Of a DNA stretch of 64,000 nt, positions 8,690 through 21,272 are shown in pieces. Every line of letters begins with the position of its first letter. The first letter of the stretch is position 1. The notes beneath the pieces were generated by a model. That model made no database searches and was not told the DNA's origin. It saw only the letters and a program-made list of their open reading frames with translations. A program made the position numbers and the translations under genes. Source of the DNA: an uncultured Gemmatimonadales bacterium. Its GTDB lineage: Bacteria; Gemmatimonadota; Gemmatimonadetes; Palauibacterales; Palauibacteraceae. The stretch lies in the NCBI GenBank assembly GCA_963783385.1, contig CAWANJ010000001.1, positions 672,001 through 736,000 on the forward strand. Direction: 5' to 3'.

Positions 8690-11089
8690 ATGGACACGAC
8701 GACGATACCACGGACGGACGAGTCGGAACACGGCACCGGCACCACGCCCCGACGCAAGCAGACGTTCCGCGTCGGCGGCATGCACTGCGCCGGCTGCAGC
8801 TCGGCGGTCGAGAAGAAGCTGAACGGCCTGGAGGGCGTGGAGGCCGCGGTGAGCCTGGCCTCCGAGACGGCCACCGTCACCTTCCCCGAGACGCTCGGCT
8901 TCGAGGGTCTCCGGAAGGTCGTCGAGGACGCGGGCTACGAGCTGGAGGCTCCCCCGGAGACGGGTGAGGACCGGGCCGTCCTCGAACGCCGCAGGCTGGA
9001 GCGGGGCCGCGAGAAGCTGGCCACGGCCCGCCGCCGCATGTGGATCGCCTGGGGCCTCACGGTCCCGGTCATGGCCTGGATGATCCCGGAGATGTTCTTC
9101 GGGGTCGCGTGGCCGACCCGGCTCGCCTTCGACCTGGGCATGGTGCTCCTCGCCCTGCCGGTTCTCGTCGGGCCCGGTCGGGATACGCTGAAGGGCGCGT
9201 GGCGCTCCGCCCGGGGGCTCGTGCCCAACATGGACGTCCTCATCGCCATGGGGAGCGGCGTGGCCGTGCTCACGGGCGTGGGAGCGATCGTCCACGACCT
9301 GGGGGCCAGCTTCCCGATCATGGACTACGCCGGAATCGGCGCCATGATCATGGCCATCCACCTCACCGGCCGCTTCGTCGAGACGAAGGCGCGCGGCCGG
9401 GCCTCCTCGGCCATCCAGAAGCTGCTGTCGCTGGAGGCCAGGTCGGCGCGCGTGGAGCGTGGCGGCTCCGAGGTCGAGGTGCCCATCGCCGAGCTCAGCG
9501 TGGGCGACGTGATGGTCGTGCGGCCGGGCGAGAAGATCCCGACCGACGGCGTGGTCGTGGACGGAGCGAGCGCCGTGGACGAGTCGCTGGCCACCGGCGA
9601 GTCCATGCCCGTCGAGAAGACGGTCGGTGACCGCGTGATCGGCGCCACCGTGAACCGGCAGGGGCTCCTCCGCGTGGAGGCGACCGGCGTGGGCGAGAAC
9701 ACGTTCCTGTCGCAGGTCGTCCGCATGGTCGAGGAGGCGCAGGGCTCGAAGGTCCCGATCCAGGAGTTCGCCGATCGCGTCACGGCCATCTTCGTCCCGA
9801 CGATCCTCGGAGTGGCGGCGGCGTCCTTCGTGGCGTGGCTCGTCTTCCCGGACTTCTTCCGGTCGATCGCGGCGTGGGCGTCGAACTTCCTCCCGTGGGT
9901 GCAGCCCGGACTGGGCACCCTGTCGCTGGCCCTGTTCGCGGCCGTCGCGGTGCTGGTCATCGCCTGCCCGTGCGCGCTCGGCCTGGCCACGCCGACCGCC
10001 CTCATGGTGGGGACCGGGGTCGGGGCGGAGAACGGCATCCTCATTCGGGACGGGGCCGCCGTTCAGGTTCTGGAGGGCGCCGACAGCGTGGCGTTCGACA
10101 AGACGGGGACCCTGACCCGCGGCCAGCCGGTGGTGACGGAGGTGCGCGCAGCCGACAACGCCGCGGCCGGTGGCCCCACGGAGGAGGCCGCCGGGACGGA
10201 GGCCCTCCGCCTGGCCGCGGCGCTGGAGCACGCCTCCGAGCACCCGCTCGGCGAGGCGGTCGTGCGCGAGGCGCGGGACCGCGGCATTGAGCTTCCGGCC
10301 GCCAGCGACTTCGAGGCCGTGACGGGCCGGGGCGTGCACGGCCGGGTCGAGGGCAGGAGGGTGCTGGTGGGGAGCGCCCGATTCATGGAGGAGTCGGGCG
10401 TGGAGCTGGGCACGCTGGCCGGGGCGGCCCGCGAACTCGAGAGCCGCGCCCACACGGTCGTGTTCGTGGCGGCCGGCGGCAGCGACGGAGCGGCCGCGCC
10501 GCGGGCGCTCGGCCTGCTGGCCATCGCCGACCCGATCAAGGAGACGTCCGCCGCCGCGGTGGCCGAGCTCCGGGAGCTGGGACTGGAGCCGATCATGCTC
10601 ACCGGCGACAACGAGCGCACCGCAGCGGCCGTCGCCGAGGCGGTGGGGATCACCCGGTTCCACGCCGGGCTCCTGCCAGACCAGAAGGTCGAGCTCCTGC
10701 GGCAGCTCCAGGACGAGGGACGCACGGTGGTCATGGTGGGGGACGGGATCAACGACGCGCCGTCCTTGAAGCAGGCCAACGTGGGGCTCGCCCTGGGCAC
10801 CGGCACCGACATCGCCATCGAGGCGGCGGACATCACGCTGGTGCAGGGGGACCTGTCGGCGGTCGTGCGGGCAGTCCGGCTGGCGCGGGCCACCTTCCGG
10901 AAGATCCGGCAGAACCTGTTCTGGGCGTATTTTTACAACACCATCGCCATCCCGGTGGCGTTCCTCGGGCTCCTGCACCCGCTGATCGCCGAGGCCGCCA
11001 TGGCCATGAGCTCGATCAACGTGGTGGCCAACGCCAATCGGCTGCGGAAGGCGGACATCTCGCCGCGGCTCGGGCGGGCGCGGGACTGA
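8690..11089 (+). CDS. copA: Copper-translocating P1B-type ATPase
   Basis: GMHCAGC metal-binding domain, [33 protein letters not shown] and MAMSS Cu(I) ligands. Confidence 0.95.
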   Translation: MDTTTIPRTDESEHGTGTTPRRKQTFRVGGMHCAGCSSAVEKKLNGLEGVEAAVSLASETATVTFPETLGFEGLRKVVEDAGYELEAPPETGEDRAVLERRRLERGREKLATARRRMWIAWGLTVPVMAWMIPEMFFGVAWPTRLAFDLGMVLLALPVLVGPGRDTLKGAWRSARGLVPNMDVLIAMGSGVAVLTGVGAIVHDLGASFPIMDYAGIGAMIMAIHLTGRFVETKARGRASSAIQKLLSLEARSARVERGGSEVEVPIAELSVGDVMVVRPGEKIPTDGVVVDGASAVDESLATGESMPVEKTVGDRVIGATVNRQGLLRVEATGVGENTFLSQVVRMVEEAQGSKVPIQEFADRVTAIFVPTILGVAAASFVAWLVFPDFFRSIAAWASNFLPWVQPGLGTLSLALFAAVAVLVIACPCALGLATPTALMVGTGVGAENGILIRDGAAVQVLEGADSVAFDKTGTLTRGQPVVTEVRAADNAAAGGPTEEAAGTEALRLAAALEHASEHPLGEAVVREARDRGIELPAASDFEAVTGRGVHGRVEGRRVLVGSARFMEESGVELGTLAGAARELESRAHTVVFVAAGGSDGAAAPRALGLLAIADPIKETSAAAVAELRELGLEPIMLTGDNERTAAAVAEAVGITRFHAGLLPDQKVELLRQLQDEGRTVVMVGDGINDAPSLKQANVGLALGTGTDIAIEAADITLVQGDLSAVVRAVRLARATFRKIRQNLFWAYFYNTIAIPVAFLGLLHPLIAEAAMAMSSINVVANANRLRKADISPRLGRARD

Positions 11090-11141
11090 ACGCCGGTTCG
11101 GCTCGCGCGGGCCGCGACGAGCGGGCCCGCGCCGGCCGGAC

Positions 11142-11945
11142 TCACGTCCCGGTGGAGTCCGCCTTCTCCAGCAGATCCCGGTGCGCCTGGTAGTCCGGGC
11201 GCGAATCCAGGTTCGTCTCCTTGAACGCCGCCCTGTAGCGCTTCATGAAGCTGTCGGCCTTGCCGGTCTGCCCCCCGGCGCGCGCCGCGCGCGAGGCGAG
11301 CAGGAGCCCGAGGAGGTCGTTCGGAGCGCTGGCCAGGATCGTGTCGGCCTCGGCCGCGGCGCCGGGCGGGTTGCTGGCCGCCAGCTGCAGAAGCCCCACG
11401 TGGAAGCGCACGTCGGCGTCCACGTTCTCGGGCGCCACCCGCTGGTAGGCCTCGACCCCCATGTTGGCGAAGAAGGAGGCGCGCGGCGCTCCCTGCTGCT
11501 CCATCTCCATCGCACGGTTGAACAGCCGGTCGGCCGCCTCCTTGGGCGGCATGTTCGCCAGCTCCTGGGCCGTGGGCATCGAGCCGCCCTCGCCGCCGCC
11601 CCCGGCCATGGGGGCACCGCCGGCCGCGTCCTGGGACGGCGTGATCACGCCGCCGGTGATCGTCCCGTCGGCGCTACGGGGCGAGTTGTTGCGCTGCACG
11701 AGGAGGACGATGCCGACCGCGAACACCGCCAGGGCCAGGGCGGAGAGGATCCACGGGATGTAGGCGCCCAGCCCCTTCCGGGGCCGGTCGGCCACGGGCG
11801 CTCCGCACTCGCCGCAGAACAGGTCTCCGGCCCGGACGCCGGCTCCGCAATTGGGGCAGAACTGGTCCCCGCCCCGCGGCAGGGGCGTCCCGCAGCGGCC
11901 GCAGAAGTTGCCCTCACCGTCGGCACCGCAGCGCGGGCACTTCAC
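11142..11945 (-). CDS. Double zinc-ribbon membrane protein with helical/TPR-like C-terminus
   Basis: CPRCG..FCGRCG..FCPNCG..FCGECG, one TM helix, helical C-terminal domain. Confidence 0.75.
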   Translation of the reverse strand: MKCPRCGADGEGNFCGRCGTPLPRGGDQFCPNCGAGVRAGDLFCGECGAPVADRPRKGLGAYIPWILSALALAVFAVGIVLLVQRNNSPRSADGTITGGVITPSQDAAGGAPMAGGGGEGGSMPTAQELANMPPKEAADRLFNRAMEMEQQGAPRASFFANMGVEAYQRVAPENVDADVRFHVGLLQLAASNPPGAAAEADTILASAPNDLLGLLLASRAARAGGQTGKADSFMKRYRAAFKETNLDSRPDYQAHRDLLEKADSTGT

Positions 11946-12041
11946 GGCCGCCTCCCGCTCACCTTGCCGGCGAGCCCACGGGCGGCCATATCATGCACCC
12001 GTGGCCGAGGGAGGCCGGGATCCGAGGAGAGGGAGAAGGGA

Positions 12042-12389
12042 ATGAAATCGCGGTTCATTGGCATAGCCATTGGTGTGTGGTACATCGTCGCCCCGTTCGC
12101 ATGGCGCTACTCGCCCGATCACCACCTCAACTGGTGGCTCGACATCGTCCTGGGTGCGGCCGTGCTCGTGCTCTCGAGCTCCTTCCTGGTCGGCTGGAGC
12201 CGGATCGCGGCATGGCTCATGATCTTCATCGGCGCCTTCAGCATGTTCTCGCCGTTCATCTTCGGCTACCTGATGTGGTCCGATCCGTACTGGAACGACC
12301 TCGTGTTCGGCATCCTGACCGTGGGGACCGGCGTCGCCCTGGCGGGAGCGAGCATCGAGTACGGCGGTCGGACCGGCCACGCGGCCTGA
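12042..12389 (+). CDS. SPW-repeat small membrane protein
   Basis: Four hydrophobic helices with APF/SPF and WND motifs; purine-rich SD upstream of ATG 12042. Confidence 0.7.
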   Translation: MKSRFIGIAIGVWYIVAPFAWRYSPDHHLNWWLDIVLGAAVLVLSSSFLVGWSRIAAWLMIFIGAFSMFSPFIFGYLMWSDPYWNDLVFGILTVGTGVALAGASIEYGGRTGHAA

Positions 12390-12397
12390 CGGGCGCT

Positions 12398-13603
12398 TCA
12401 GGCGCCATACTTGGCCAGGCGGCCCGCCCGGGCCAGGGCGAGGGGCAGCAGGTGCCGCGCACGGATCCGGCCGTACACCCCTCCGGCACACGCCGTCTCG
12501 CCGAAGTGGCGCGCGGACTCCGCCCGGCCTGGACCGCCCCACACGAGGAAGGGAACCGGCTGCGAGCCGTGACGCTCCAGCCGCGCCGGCGTGGAGTGGT
12601 CGCCGGTGACCACCACGACGCCGGGCTCCGCGTCCAGCAGACGAGGCAGCGCGGCGTCCACTTCCTCGATGACGGCGACCTTGCGGTCGAAGTCTCCGTC
12701 CTCGCCGGCCTTGTCCGTTCCCTTGACGTGGAGGAAGAGGAAGTCGTGCGCATCCCGGTTCGCCACGTAGGCGTCGACGAGGGCGTCCATGCCCTCCTCG
12801 ATGGCCGCCGCCTCCATGCCCACCAGTCGGGCCACGCCCCGGTACATCGGGTAGGCGGCGGCCGCGTAGGCACGCATCCGCGTGACGTCGGGGAAGCGGG
12901 GCCAGTGCGGCAGCGAGGCGAATCCGCGCAGCAGGACGGCGTTGGCGGGGTTCTCGCCCGACAGGGCTTCCCCGGCGGCCTCCAGCCACGCCTTCACGAC
13001 GCCGGCCGCCCGCTTCGAGGCCTCGGTCCGCGCCTCGGGATCGCCCGCAGGCACGCCCTCCCGGCCGGGATCGGTGTCCTCGAGGTCCGCCTCGAGTCGC
13101 TCCGAGAAGCGGAGGACGAGCAGGAAGCGGTGCTCCTTGACGGGCCGCACGAAGACGCGGGCGCCCTCGACCTGGATCCCGTCGAGCTTCTCGCACAGCG
13201 GCCGCGCCGCCTCGCTGGATATGCGACCGGCGCGCCGGTCGGTGACGCGGCCATCCTCGTCCACGGTGGCGAAGTTGCCGCGGGCCGCCACGTCGCCCGG
13301 CTGCAGATCGAATTCCACGCCCAGCGCCTCGAGCACGCCGCGGCCGATCCGGTAGCGGAGGGGGTCGTAGCCGAACAGCCCCAGGTGTCCGGGACCGCTC
13401 CCCGGCGCGATCCCGGGGGCCACCGGGTCGTGGAGGCCGCCGCCGCCCTCCCGGAGCATGCGGTCCAGGTTGGGGGTGCTGGCCGTCTCCAGCTCGGTCT
13501 TGCCGCCCGCTTCCATGGGCAGGCCGCCGAGCCCATCCATGACCAGGAGGAGGATCTTCGTCTCGGAGGGCTGCGCCAGCTCCGCCAGGTCCCGCAGTTC
13601 CAT
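12398..13603 (-). CDS. apgM: 2,3-bisphosphoglycerate-independent phosphoglycerate mutase (ApgM type)
   Basis: MDGLGG, TPNLD, PGSGPGHLGLFGYDP, DKAGEDG, TGDHSTP. Confidence 0.92.
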   Translation of the reverse strand: MELRDLAELAQPSETKILLLVMDGLGGLPMEAGGKTELETASTPNLDRMLREGGGGLHDPVAPGIAPGSGPGHLGLFGYDPLRYRIGRGVLEALGVEFDLQPGDVAARGNFATVDEDGRVTDRRAGRISSEAARPLCEKLDGIQVEGARVFVRPVKEHRFLLVLRFSERLEADLEDTDPGREGVPAGDPEARTEASKRAAGVVKAWLEAAGEALSGENPANAVLLRGFASLPHWPRFPDVTRMRAYAAAAYPMYRGVARLVGMEAAAIEEGMDALVDAYVANRDAHDFLFLHVKGTDKAGEDGDFDRKVAVIEEVDAALPRLLDAEPGVVVVTGDHSTPARLERHGSQPVPFLVWGGPGRAESARHFGETACAGGVYGRIRARHLLPLALARAGRLAKYGA

Positions 13604-13703
13604 CGCTCTCCCCGTCCGGGTGATCGTCGCCCCGGTCCGCGACCCCGCGGCCAGAGCGCGTGCAAACTAGTCGCAACGACGGTGCCGGCCAACTCGGCGC
13701 CGC

Positions 13704-14501
13704 GTGACGCACGCAGAGGCAGGGTGCGGCGAGACAGGGTTGCGCGTGGCCGCTGACCCGGCCCTCCGCCTGCAGGGCGTCGGCAAGCGCTTCGGGCGCA
13801 CGTGGGCCCTGCGCTCCGTGGACCTGGAGGTCCAGCCGGGCCAGCTGGTGGCCCTCATCGGCCCCAACGGCGCCGGGAAGACCACCCTGCTCAAGGCGGT
13901 GGGCGGGCTGCACCGGGCTACGACCGGCACGACCGAGGTGTTGGGCTTCACGCTGCCCGAGGACGAGGACCTGGTGCGCGTGCACAGCACCCTGCTCCCT
14001 CCGCACGGCTACCTGTACGAGCAGCTCACGGGGCTCGAGAACCTGCGCTTCGCGCGGCTCATGGCCGGCGTGCGCCCCTCGCGGCAGGAGCTCGACGCGG
14101 CGCTGGAGCGGGTGGAACTGGTCGAGGCCGGGGACGAGCGGGTGGGCGGCTATTCCTCGGGCATGAAGAAGCGCCTGGCCATCGCTCGTCTCCTCCTGCG
14201 GCCGGTCGAGCTGGTGCTCATGGACGAGCCGTACGCCAGCCTCGACGCCGGCGGCATCGACCTGGTGGACACGATCATCGGGGAGCTGCGGCGGTCGGGC
14301 GCCACCGTGCTGGTGGCGTCGCACCGCTGGGAGCGGGCCATCCGGGAGGCGGACCTCCTGGTCGTGATGGAGCGGGGCCGAATCACCTGGACGGGGACGC
14401 CCGGCGAGTGGATGGAGAGGCGGGAGGGTCCGGCGGACACGCGGCGGGGGCGTGGCGACGCCCGCGGTGCGGGCGAGGCCGACACGGGGAGGGGAGGCTG
14501 A
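13704..14501 (+). CDS. ccmA: Heme ABC exporter ATP-binding subunit
   Basis: GPNGAGKTT, YSSGMKKR, LMDEPY; first gene of the ccm cluster; exact start uncertain. Confidence 0.88.
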   Translation: MTHAEAGCGETGLRVAADPALRLQGVGKRFGRTWALRSVDLEVQPGQLVALIGPNGAGKTTLLKAVGGLHRATTGTTEVLGFTLPEDEDLVRVHSTLLPPHGYLYEQLTGLENLRFARLMAGVRPSRQELDAALERVELVEAGDERVGGYSSGMKKRLAIARLLLRPVELVLMDEPYASLDAGGIDLVDTIIGELRRSGATVLVASHRWERAIREADLLVVMERGRITWTGTPGEWMERREGPADTRRGRGDARGAGEADTGRGG

Positions 14502-14502
14502 C

Positions 14503-15180
14503 GTGGAGGTATGGCTGAGGACGTGGGCCATCCTTTGGAAGGACATCCTCATCGAGGTGCGGACCAAGGGCACCTTCACCGCGATGGCCTTCTTCGCCGC
14601 CCTCATCCTGTTCATCTTCAGCTTCGCGATCGGCCCCGACTTCGACCTGCTGCGACGGATCGCGGCCGGCCTGCTGTGGGTGGGCATCACCTTCACGGGC
14701 CTGCTGGCGCTGGCGCGGACCTACCACAGCGAGGAGCTGGCCGGCGGCCTGGAGGCGCTGCTCCTCTACCCGGGCGAGCCGCGCGCCATCTTCCTGGGCA
14801 AGCTGGTCGGCAACCTGGCCGTCCTCCTCCTGGTCGAGGTCATCCTGTATCCCGTGGCGGCCGTGCTCTTCCACATGGACCTGACGGGCAAGGTCCTGCC
14901 CGTGGCCGGGATCGCCTTCCTGGGCACGCTGGGGTTCTCCGTGATCGGCACCTTCTACGCGGCGCTCACCCTGCACCTGCGGGCCCGCGAGGTCATGCTC
15001 CCCCTCCTCGTGCTCCCCCTCCTGGTCCCGGTCCTGCTCGGGGCCGTGAGCGCCACGGCCGCGCTGGTGGATCCCGCGGCAGCCGGGGGCGTAGGAGGTT
15101 GGGTGAGGTTGCTGATAGCGTTCGACGTCCTGTACTTTGTGGTCTGTACCTGGACCTTCCCCGTGCTCCTGGAACGGTGA
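14503..15180 (+). CDS. ccmB: Heme exporter permease
   Basis: AILWKDILIEVR, IFLGK, REVMLPLLVLPLLVP; six TM helices. Confidence 0.9.
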   Translation: MEVWLRTWAILWKDILIEVRTKGTFTAMAFFAALILFIFSFAIGPDFDLLRRIAAGLLWVGITFTGLLALARTYHSEELAGGLEALLLYPGEPRAIFLGKLVGNLAVLLLVEVILYPVAAVLFHMDLTGKVLPVAGIAFLGTLGFSVIGTFYAALTLHLRAREVMLPLLVLPLLVPVLLGAVSATAALVDPAAAGGVGGWVRLLIAFDVLYFVVCTWTFPVLLER

Positions 15181-15863
15181 CCGAACCCACCGCCTCTCCC
15201 CGTCTCAAAGGCTGGCATCGCCTCCTGGCCTTCCTGGCCGTCGCCACGACCGTGGTCGGCAGCCTGATCGGCCTGTTCGTGGTGCCGCCGGATGCCCTGC
15301 AGGGCAACGTGCAGCGGCTCATGTACCTGCACGTCCCCGCCGCGTGGCTGGCCTTCCTGGCCTTCTTCGTGGTGTTCGTGATGGCCGTGCTCTACCTGAT
15401 CCAGCGCGACCCGCGCTGGGACATGATCGCCGCCGGCTCGGCGGAGATCGGCGTCCTGTTCACGGCCCTCACCCTGATCCTGGGCTCCCTGTGGGGGAAG
15501 CCGATCTGGGGGGTGTGGTGGACGTGGGACCCGCGGCTCACGACGACCGCGATCCTGCTGGTCATCTACGTGGGCTACCTGGCCGTCCGCTCCTTCGCGG
15601 GCGACCCGGATCGCCGGGCGCGCTGGTCGGCGGTGGTGGGCATCGTCGGATTCGCGGACGTGCCGATCGTCTACCTGTCGGTGACGTGGTGGCGTAGCCT
15701 GCACCAGCCGCCCTCGAGCCCCATGAGCATGGCACCCTCCATGCTATGGACGCTCCTGCTCAACGTGGTGGCGTTCACCCTGCTATACGGGTACCTGCTG
15801 GTTCGGAAGTACCAGGTGGCCGTCGCCGAGAGGGCCCTCGAGGACCGGGAGGCGATGCGCTGA
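15177..15863 (+). CDS. ccmC: Heme exporter / cytochrome c assembly protein C
   Basis: YLHVPAAW, WGKPIWGVWWTWDPRLT (WWD domain), WWRSLHQ. Confidence 0.93.
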   Translation: MTEPTASPRLKGWHRLLAFLAVATTVVGSLIGLFVVPPDALQGNVQRLMYLHVPAAWLAFLAFFVVFVMAVLYLIQRDPRWDMIAAGSAEIGVLFTALTLILGSLWGKPIWGVWWTWDPRLTTTAILLVIYVGYLAVRSFAGDPDRRARWSAVVGIVGFADVPIVYLSVTWWRSLHQPPSSPMSMAPSMLWTLLLNVVAFTLLYGYLLVRKYQVAVAERALEDREAMR

Positions 15864-16030
15864 TGGGGTACCTGTGGGCCGGTTACGCCCTCACCTGGGT
15901 CGCCATGGCGTGGTTCGCCTGGCGACTGGAGAGCCGGGCGCGCGACGCGGCCCGGCGCCTGAAGAAGTCACCGCGAGGCGAGGCGGATACGCCCGCCGTG
16001 CGATCGGAGAACGAAAGTGTCCGAACATAG
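15863..16030 (+). CDS. ccmD: CcmD-like small membrane protein
   Basis: MGYLWAGYALTW single TM plus basic tail, between ccmC and ccmE. Confidence 0.7.
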   Translation: MGYLWAGYALTWVAMAWFAWRLESRARDAARRLKKSPRGEADTPAVRSENESVRT

Positions 16031-16501
16031 AGCCAGACGGTCGGGGAAGAAGAAGCTGTGGGCGGGCCTGGGCCTGGTGGCCGTGGTCGCCGCCCTCGCG
16101 ATGCTGATCGGGGGGGACTCAAGGACAACCTGGTCTACTTCCTGACCCCCACGGAGCTCGAGGCGCGGGGCGCGTCCGTCCACGGCGAGGCCGTCCGGCT
16201 GGGCGGCCAGGTCAAGCCGGGGAGCGTCCACTGGAACGCGGACCAACACGATCTCCGCTTCGTGGTCACCGACGGCAAGAGCCAGATCCCCGTACACAGC
16301 ACCGGCTCTCCGCCCTCCATGTTCCAGGAGGGCATTGGGGTCGTGGTGGAGGGGAAATTCGACTCGAAGGGCACCTTCCAAAGCGACAACCTGATGGTCA
16401 AGCACTCGAATGAGTACCACCCCCCCGCCAAGGGCGAGTCGCCGCGCGAGACGTTCAAGACGCTGATGCCGGGAAACGGCAACAGCGGCAGCAAGGACTG
16501 A
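16017..16501 (+). CDS. ccmE: Heme chaperone CcmE (frameshift in poly-G ~16110)
   Basis: TM anchor in one frame, then NLVYFLTPTE, VRLGGQV, FQEGIGVVVEG, KHSNEY (HxxxY) in the next. Confidence 0.9.
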
Positions 16502-16508
16502 GCGGGCC

Positions 16509-18527
<2,019 letters not shown>

Positions 18528-18531
<4 letters not shown>

Positions 18532-19115
18532 AGCGCTGGAAGGTCTGGCTCATGCTGGTGCTGGCCGCGGGCTTCCTCGGGCTGCTGGGCTTCGGCCTGA
18601 CCCGCGACGCCCAGGTGCTCCCCTCGGCCATCATCGGCCAGGACGCCCCCTCCTTCGACCTCGAGACGCTGACCGGCGACAGCATCAGCCTGGCCAGCCT
18701 CGAGGGACACGTCGTGATCCTGAACTTCTGGGCCTCGTGGTGCATCCCGTGCCGCGAGGAGCACCCGGTCCTCGAGATGGCCGCCGCTCGCTACAAGGAC
18801 CACGACGTTCGCATGCTCGGCGTCGTCTACCAGGACAACCGAACCAACGCCAGGCAGTTCCTGGCCCGGAACGGTGGCTCGTGGCCGAGCGTCCTGGACC
18901 CGAACAGCCAGGTGGCCATCGGCTACGGCGTGTACGGAGTGCCCGAGACCTTCTTCCTGGACCCCCACGGCCGGATCGTGAAGAAGCACGTGGGCCCCGT
19001 CCCGTGGGACTACCTGACCACGACGGTCGACTCGCTGCTGGTGGCCAACGGCAAGACGCCGGGCGGCTCCGAGATCACCGGGGCCGAGGCGCCGGCCGAG
19101 AGCGGCGCGCCGTGA
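18528..19115 (+). CDS. ccmG: CcmG/TlpA thiol-disulfide oxidoreductase
   Basis: N-terminal TM, NFWASWCIPCREEHP, YGVYGVPETFF. Confidence 0.88.
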
Positions 19116-19741
19116 GGAGGCCGATCCGCGCCCCCCGGCTCGCGGCGCTGGCCGCGGCAGGGGCCCTGCTCGCGGCCGTGGGAACGCCCCTGACGGCCCA
19201 GGCCGCGGACACGGCCGCCGCCCGCCCGGACACGGCCGCCACGGCGAGCGACGCCACGGCGGGCTTCGCCACGCCGCGCACCGCGGCGGACACCGGGGGC
19301 GGAGCCGGCCTCTCCGGAGCCGCCCTCGACGCCGAGACGGCCCAGGTGGCCGCCCAGCTCCGCTGCCCGGTGTGCCGGGGCCAGTCGGTGCTGGAGTCGA
19401 CGGCCACCCTCTCCAAGGAGATCCAGGCCGAGATCAAGCAGCGGCTGGCGTCCGGCCAGAGCCCCGAGGCGGTCAAGGCCTACTTCGTGAGCCGCTACGG
19501 GGAGTGGATCCTCCTCAAGCCCCCGACGCACGGCTTCAGCCTGCTGGTGTGGGTGCTGCCCGTGGTTCTCCTCGTCGGAGGCCTGGGCGTCGCGTGGCTG
19601 TGGATCCGGAGCCGAAGCGGAGAGGCCGACGCCGGCACGGAGGGAGACCCCACCCCGGCGGGCGGGCCGGCAGGGACGGCGCAAGCCGGGCTCTCCGACG
19701 AGGAGCGCAGCTGGCTCGACCGCGCCATGCGGAACGACTGA
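19112..19741 (+). CDS. ccmH: Cytochrome c biogenesis protein CcmH
   Basis: Signal peptide, LRCPVCRGQS, YFVSRYGEWILLKPP, TM helix. Confidence 0.9.
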   Translation: MRRPIRAPRLAALAAAGALLAAVGTPLTAQAADTAAARPDTAATASDATAGFATPRTAADTGGGAGLSGAALDAETAQVAAQLRCPVCRGQSVLESTATLSKEIQAEIKQRLASGQSPEAVKAYFVSRYGEWILLKPPTHGFSLLVWVLPVVLLVGGLGVAWLWIRSRSGEADAGTEGDPTPAGGPAGTAQAGLSDEERSWLDRAMRND

Positions 19742-19903
19742 GGCAGGGCCGGAGAGGCTCTCCGCCGGGCAGGAACATCGCGGCAGACGGCCTGTATCAA
19801 GCCCGCGTCAATAGAGGCCGGGCGGTGTCGCTCCGGAGGGCATAGCCGCCCCGAGGTGCGTTTCCGTGACGGCAGAAGCCTGAACCCCAGGAGCCGGAGG
19901 CTC

Positions 19904-20767
19904 ATGTTCTTCGAGTCGCGCGCTCTCGATTCGTTCGACCAGTACCTGCAGGACGTCGAGCGCTACCCCCTGATCGAAGACCCCCTGGACGAGCGCGCCA
20001 TCGCGCGCCGTGCCCGCAAGGGGGACCGGGCGGCCGCCGAGCGGCTCGTCACGGCCAACCTGCGCTTCGTCATCTCGTACGTGAAGAAGTATCAGGGCCG
20101 CGGCCTCAATCTGGCCGAGCTCGTATGCATCGGGAACGAAGGGCTCCTCAAGGCGGTCAAGAAGTTCGATCCCGACAAGGGCGTGAAGTTCATCTCCTAC
20201 GCCGTGTGGTGGATCCGGCAGACCGTGCTGCAGGCCCTGGCCGAGCAGACCCGGTCCGTCCGCATCCCGCTGAACCAGAACTCGAACCTGGTGAAGCTCT
20301 CCCGCACCGAGACGGCGCTCACCCAGAAGCTGGGCCGCACGCCCACCGACCGGGAGATCGCCGAGGAGATGGAGGAGCCGGTGGAGACGGTGCGCGCCCT
20401 GCGGCGCGTGGCCTCGGCCGAGCTCAGCCTGGACGCTCCCCTCGACAAGTCCGACCGGGACAGCGCCTCCTTCGGGGAGCGCTTCGCGGGGATGGACGAG
20501 GAGGAGATCGAGGAGGACGTCGAAGCCCAGGCGCGGCGCGAGTTCCTCGAGCGGATGTTCGAGGAGTACCTGACCGAGCGTGAGCGCAAGATCCTGGTCC
20601 TCTATTACGGGCTCGACGACGGCGAGGAGATGACGCTGGAGCAGATCGGCGAGCTCCTGGGCGTCACGCGCGAGCGCATCCGCCAGATCCGCAACCGCGC
20701 GTTCGAGAAGCTGCGGCAGTCCCCCGACGGCCGGGCGCTGGAGGGGTTCTGGAGGGCCAGCGCCTGA
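19904..20767 (+). CDS. Sigma-70 family factor (RpoD/RpoS-like, regions 1.2-4, no region 1.1)
   Basis: LVTANLRFVISYVKKY, KFISYAVWWIRQ, SVRIP, TLEQIG..GVTRERIRQI. Confidence 0.92.
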   Translation: MFFESRALDSFDQYLQDVERYPLIEDPLDERAIARRARKGDRAAAERLVTANLRFVISYVKKYQGRGLNLAELVCIGNEGLLKAVKKFDPDKGVKFISYAVWWIRQTVLQALAEQTRSVRIPLNQNSNLVKLSRTETALTQKLGRTPTDREIAEEMEEPVETVRALRRVASAELSLDAPLDKSDRDSASFGERFAGMDEEEIEEDVEAQARREFLERMFEEYLTERERKILVLYYGLDDGEEMTLEQIGELLGVTRERIRQIRNRAFEKLRQSPDGRALEGFWRASA

Positions 20768-20792
20768 GGCACCGGCCTTCCGCCCGCCGCCG

Positions 20793-21272
20793 TCAGCCCT
20801 CCACGCCCCCCGGCTCCGCGTCCCCGATCCCCTCGGGCAGGCCCTTCCCCCAGTCCCACGCCACCAGCACGAAGATCAGCGTCACGATCACGGCGCTCCC
20901 CACGCACCAGCGGCAGATGGCGTGGAGGATGAAGACCTCGGTCGAGGTCAGGTAGAGGCTGAAGGCGAACCCTCCCACGACCAGGAGGGAGATCGCGGTC
21001 CCGAGCCAGCGGCGGTCCGCCAGCGAGGGCTGGATGCCCACGAGGGACGCCGTCAGCGTGAGGGCGTACCAGGCCATCCCCCATCCCGCCACCGGCTGGC
21101 CCAGGAAGTACGAGAAGCGCGACGCCTGGACGTACTCGCACGATCCTCCCACGCCGCACACCAGGGCCCCGTAGAAGCCCAGGTGATAGAGGAGGAGGTA
21201 GAGCGAAAGGAACAGCCCGATCAGCGCGAGCACGGCGACGGCCATGCGCCGCCGGAGGGCCCCCCGGCTCAC
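20793..21272 (-). CDS. Vitamin K epoxide reductase (VKOR) family protein
   Basis: Loop cysteines C..GGSCEYVQAS and active-site CRWC; four TM helices; coupled to a DsbA gene. Confidence 0.88.
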   Translation of the reverse strand: MSRGALRRRMAVAVLALIGLFLSLYLLLYHLGFYGALVCGVGGSCEYVQASRFSYFLGQPVAGWGMAWYALTLTASLVGIQPSLADRRWLGTAISLLVVGGFAFSLYLTSTEVFILHAICRWCVGSAVIVTLIFVLVAWDWGKGLPEGIGDAEPGGVEG

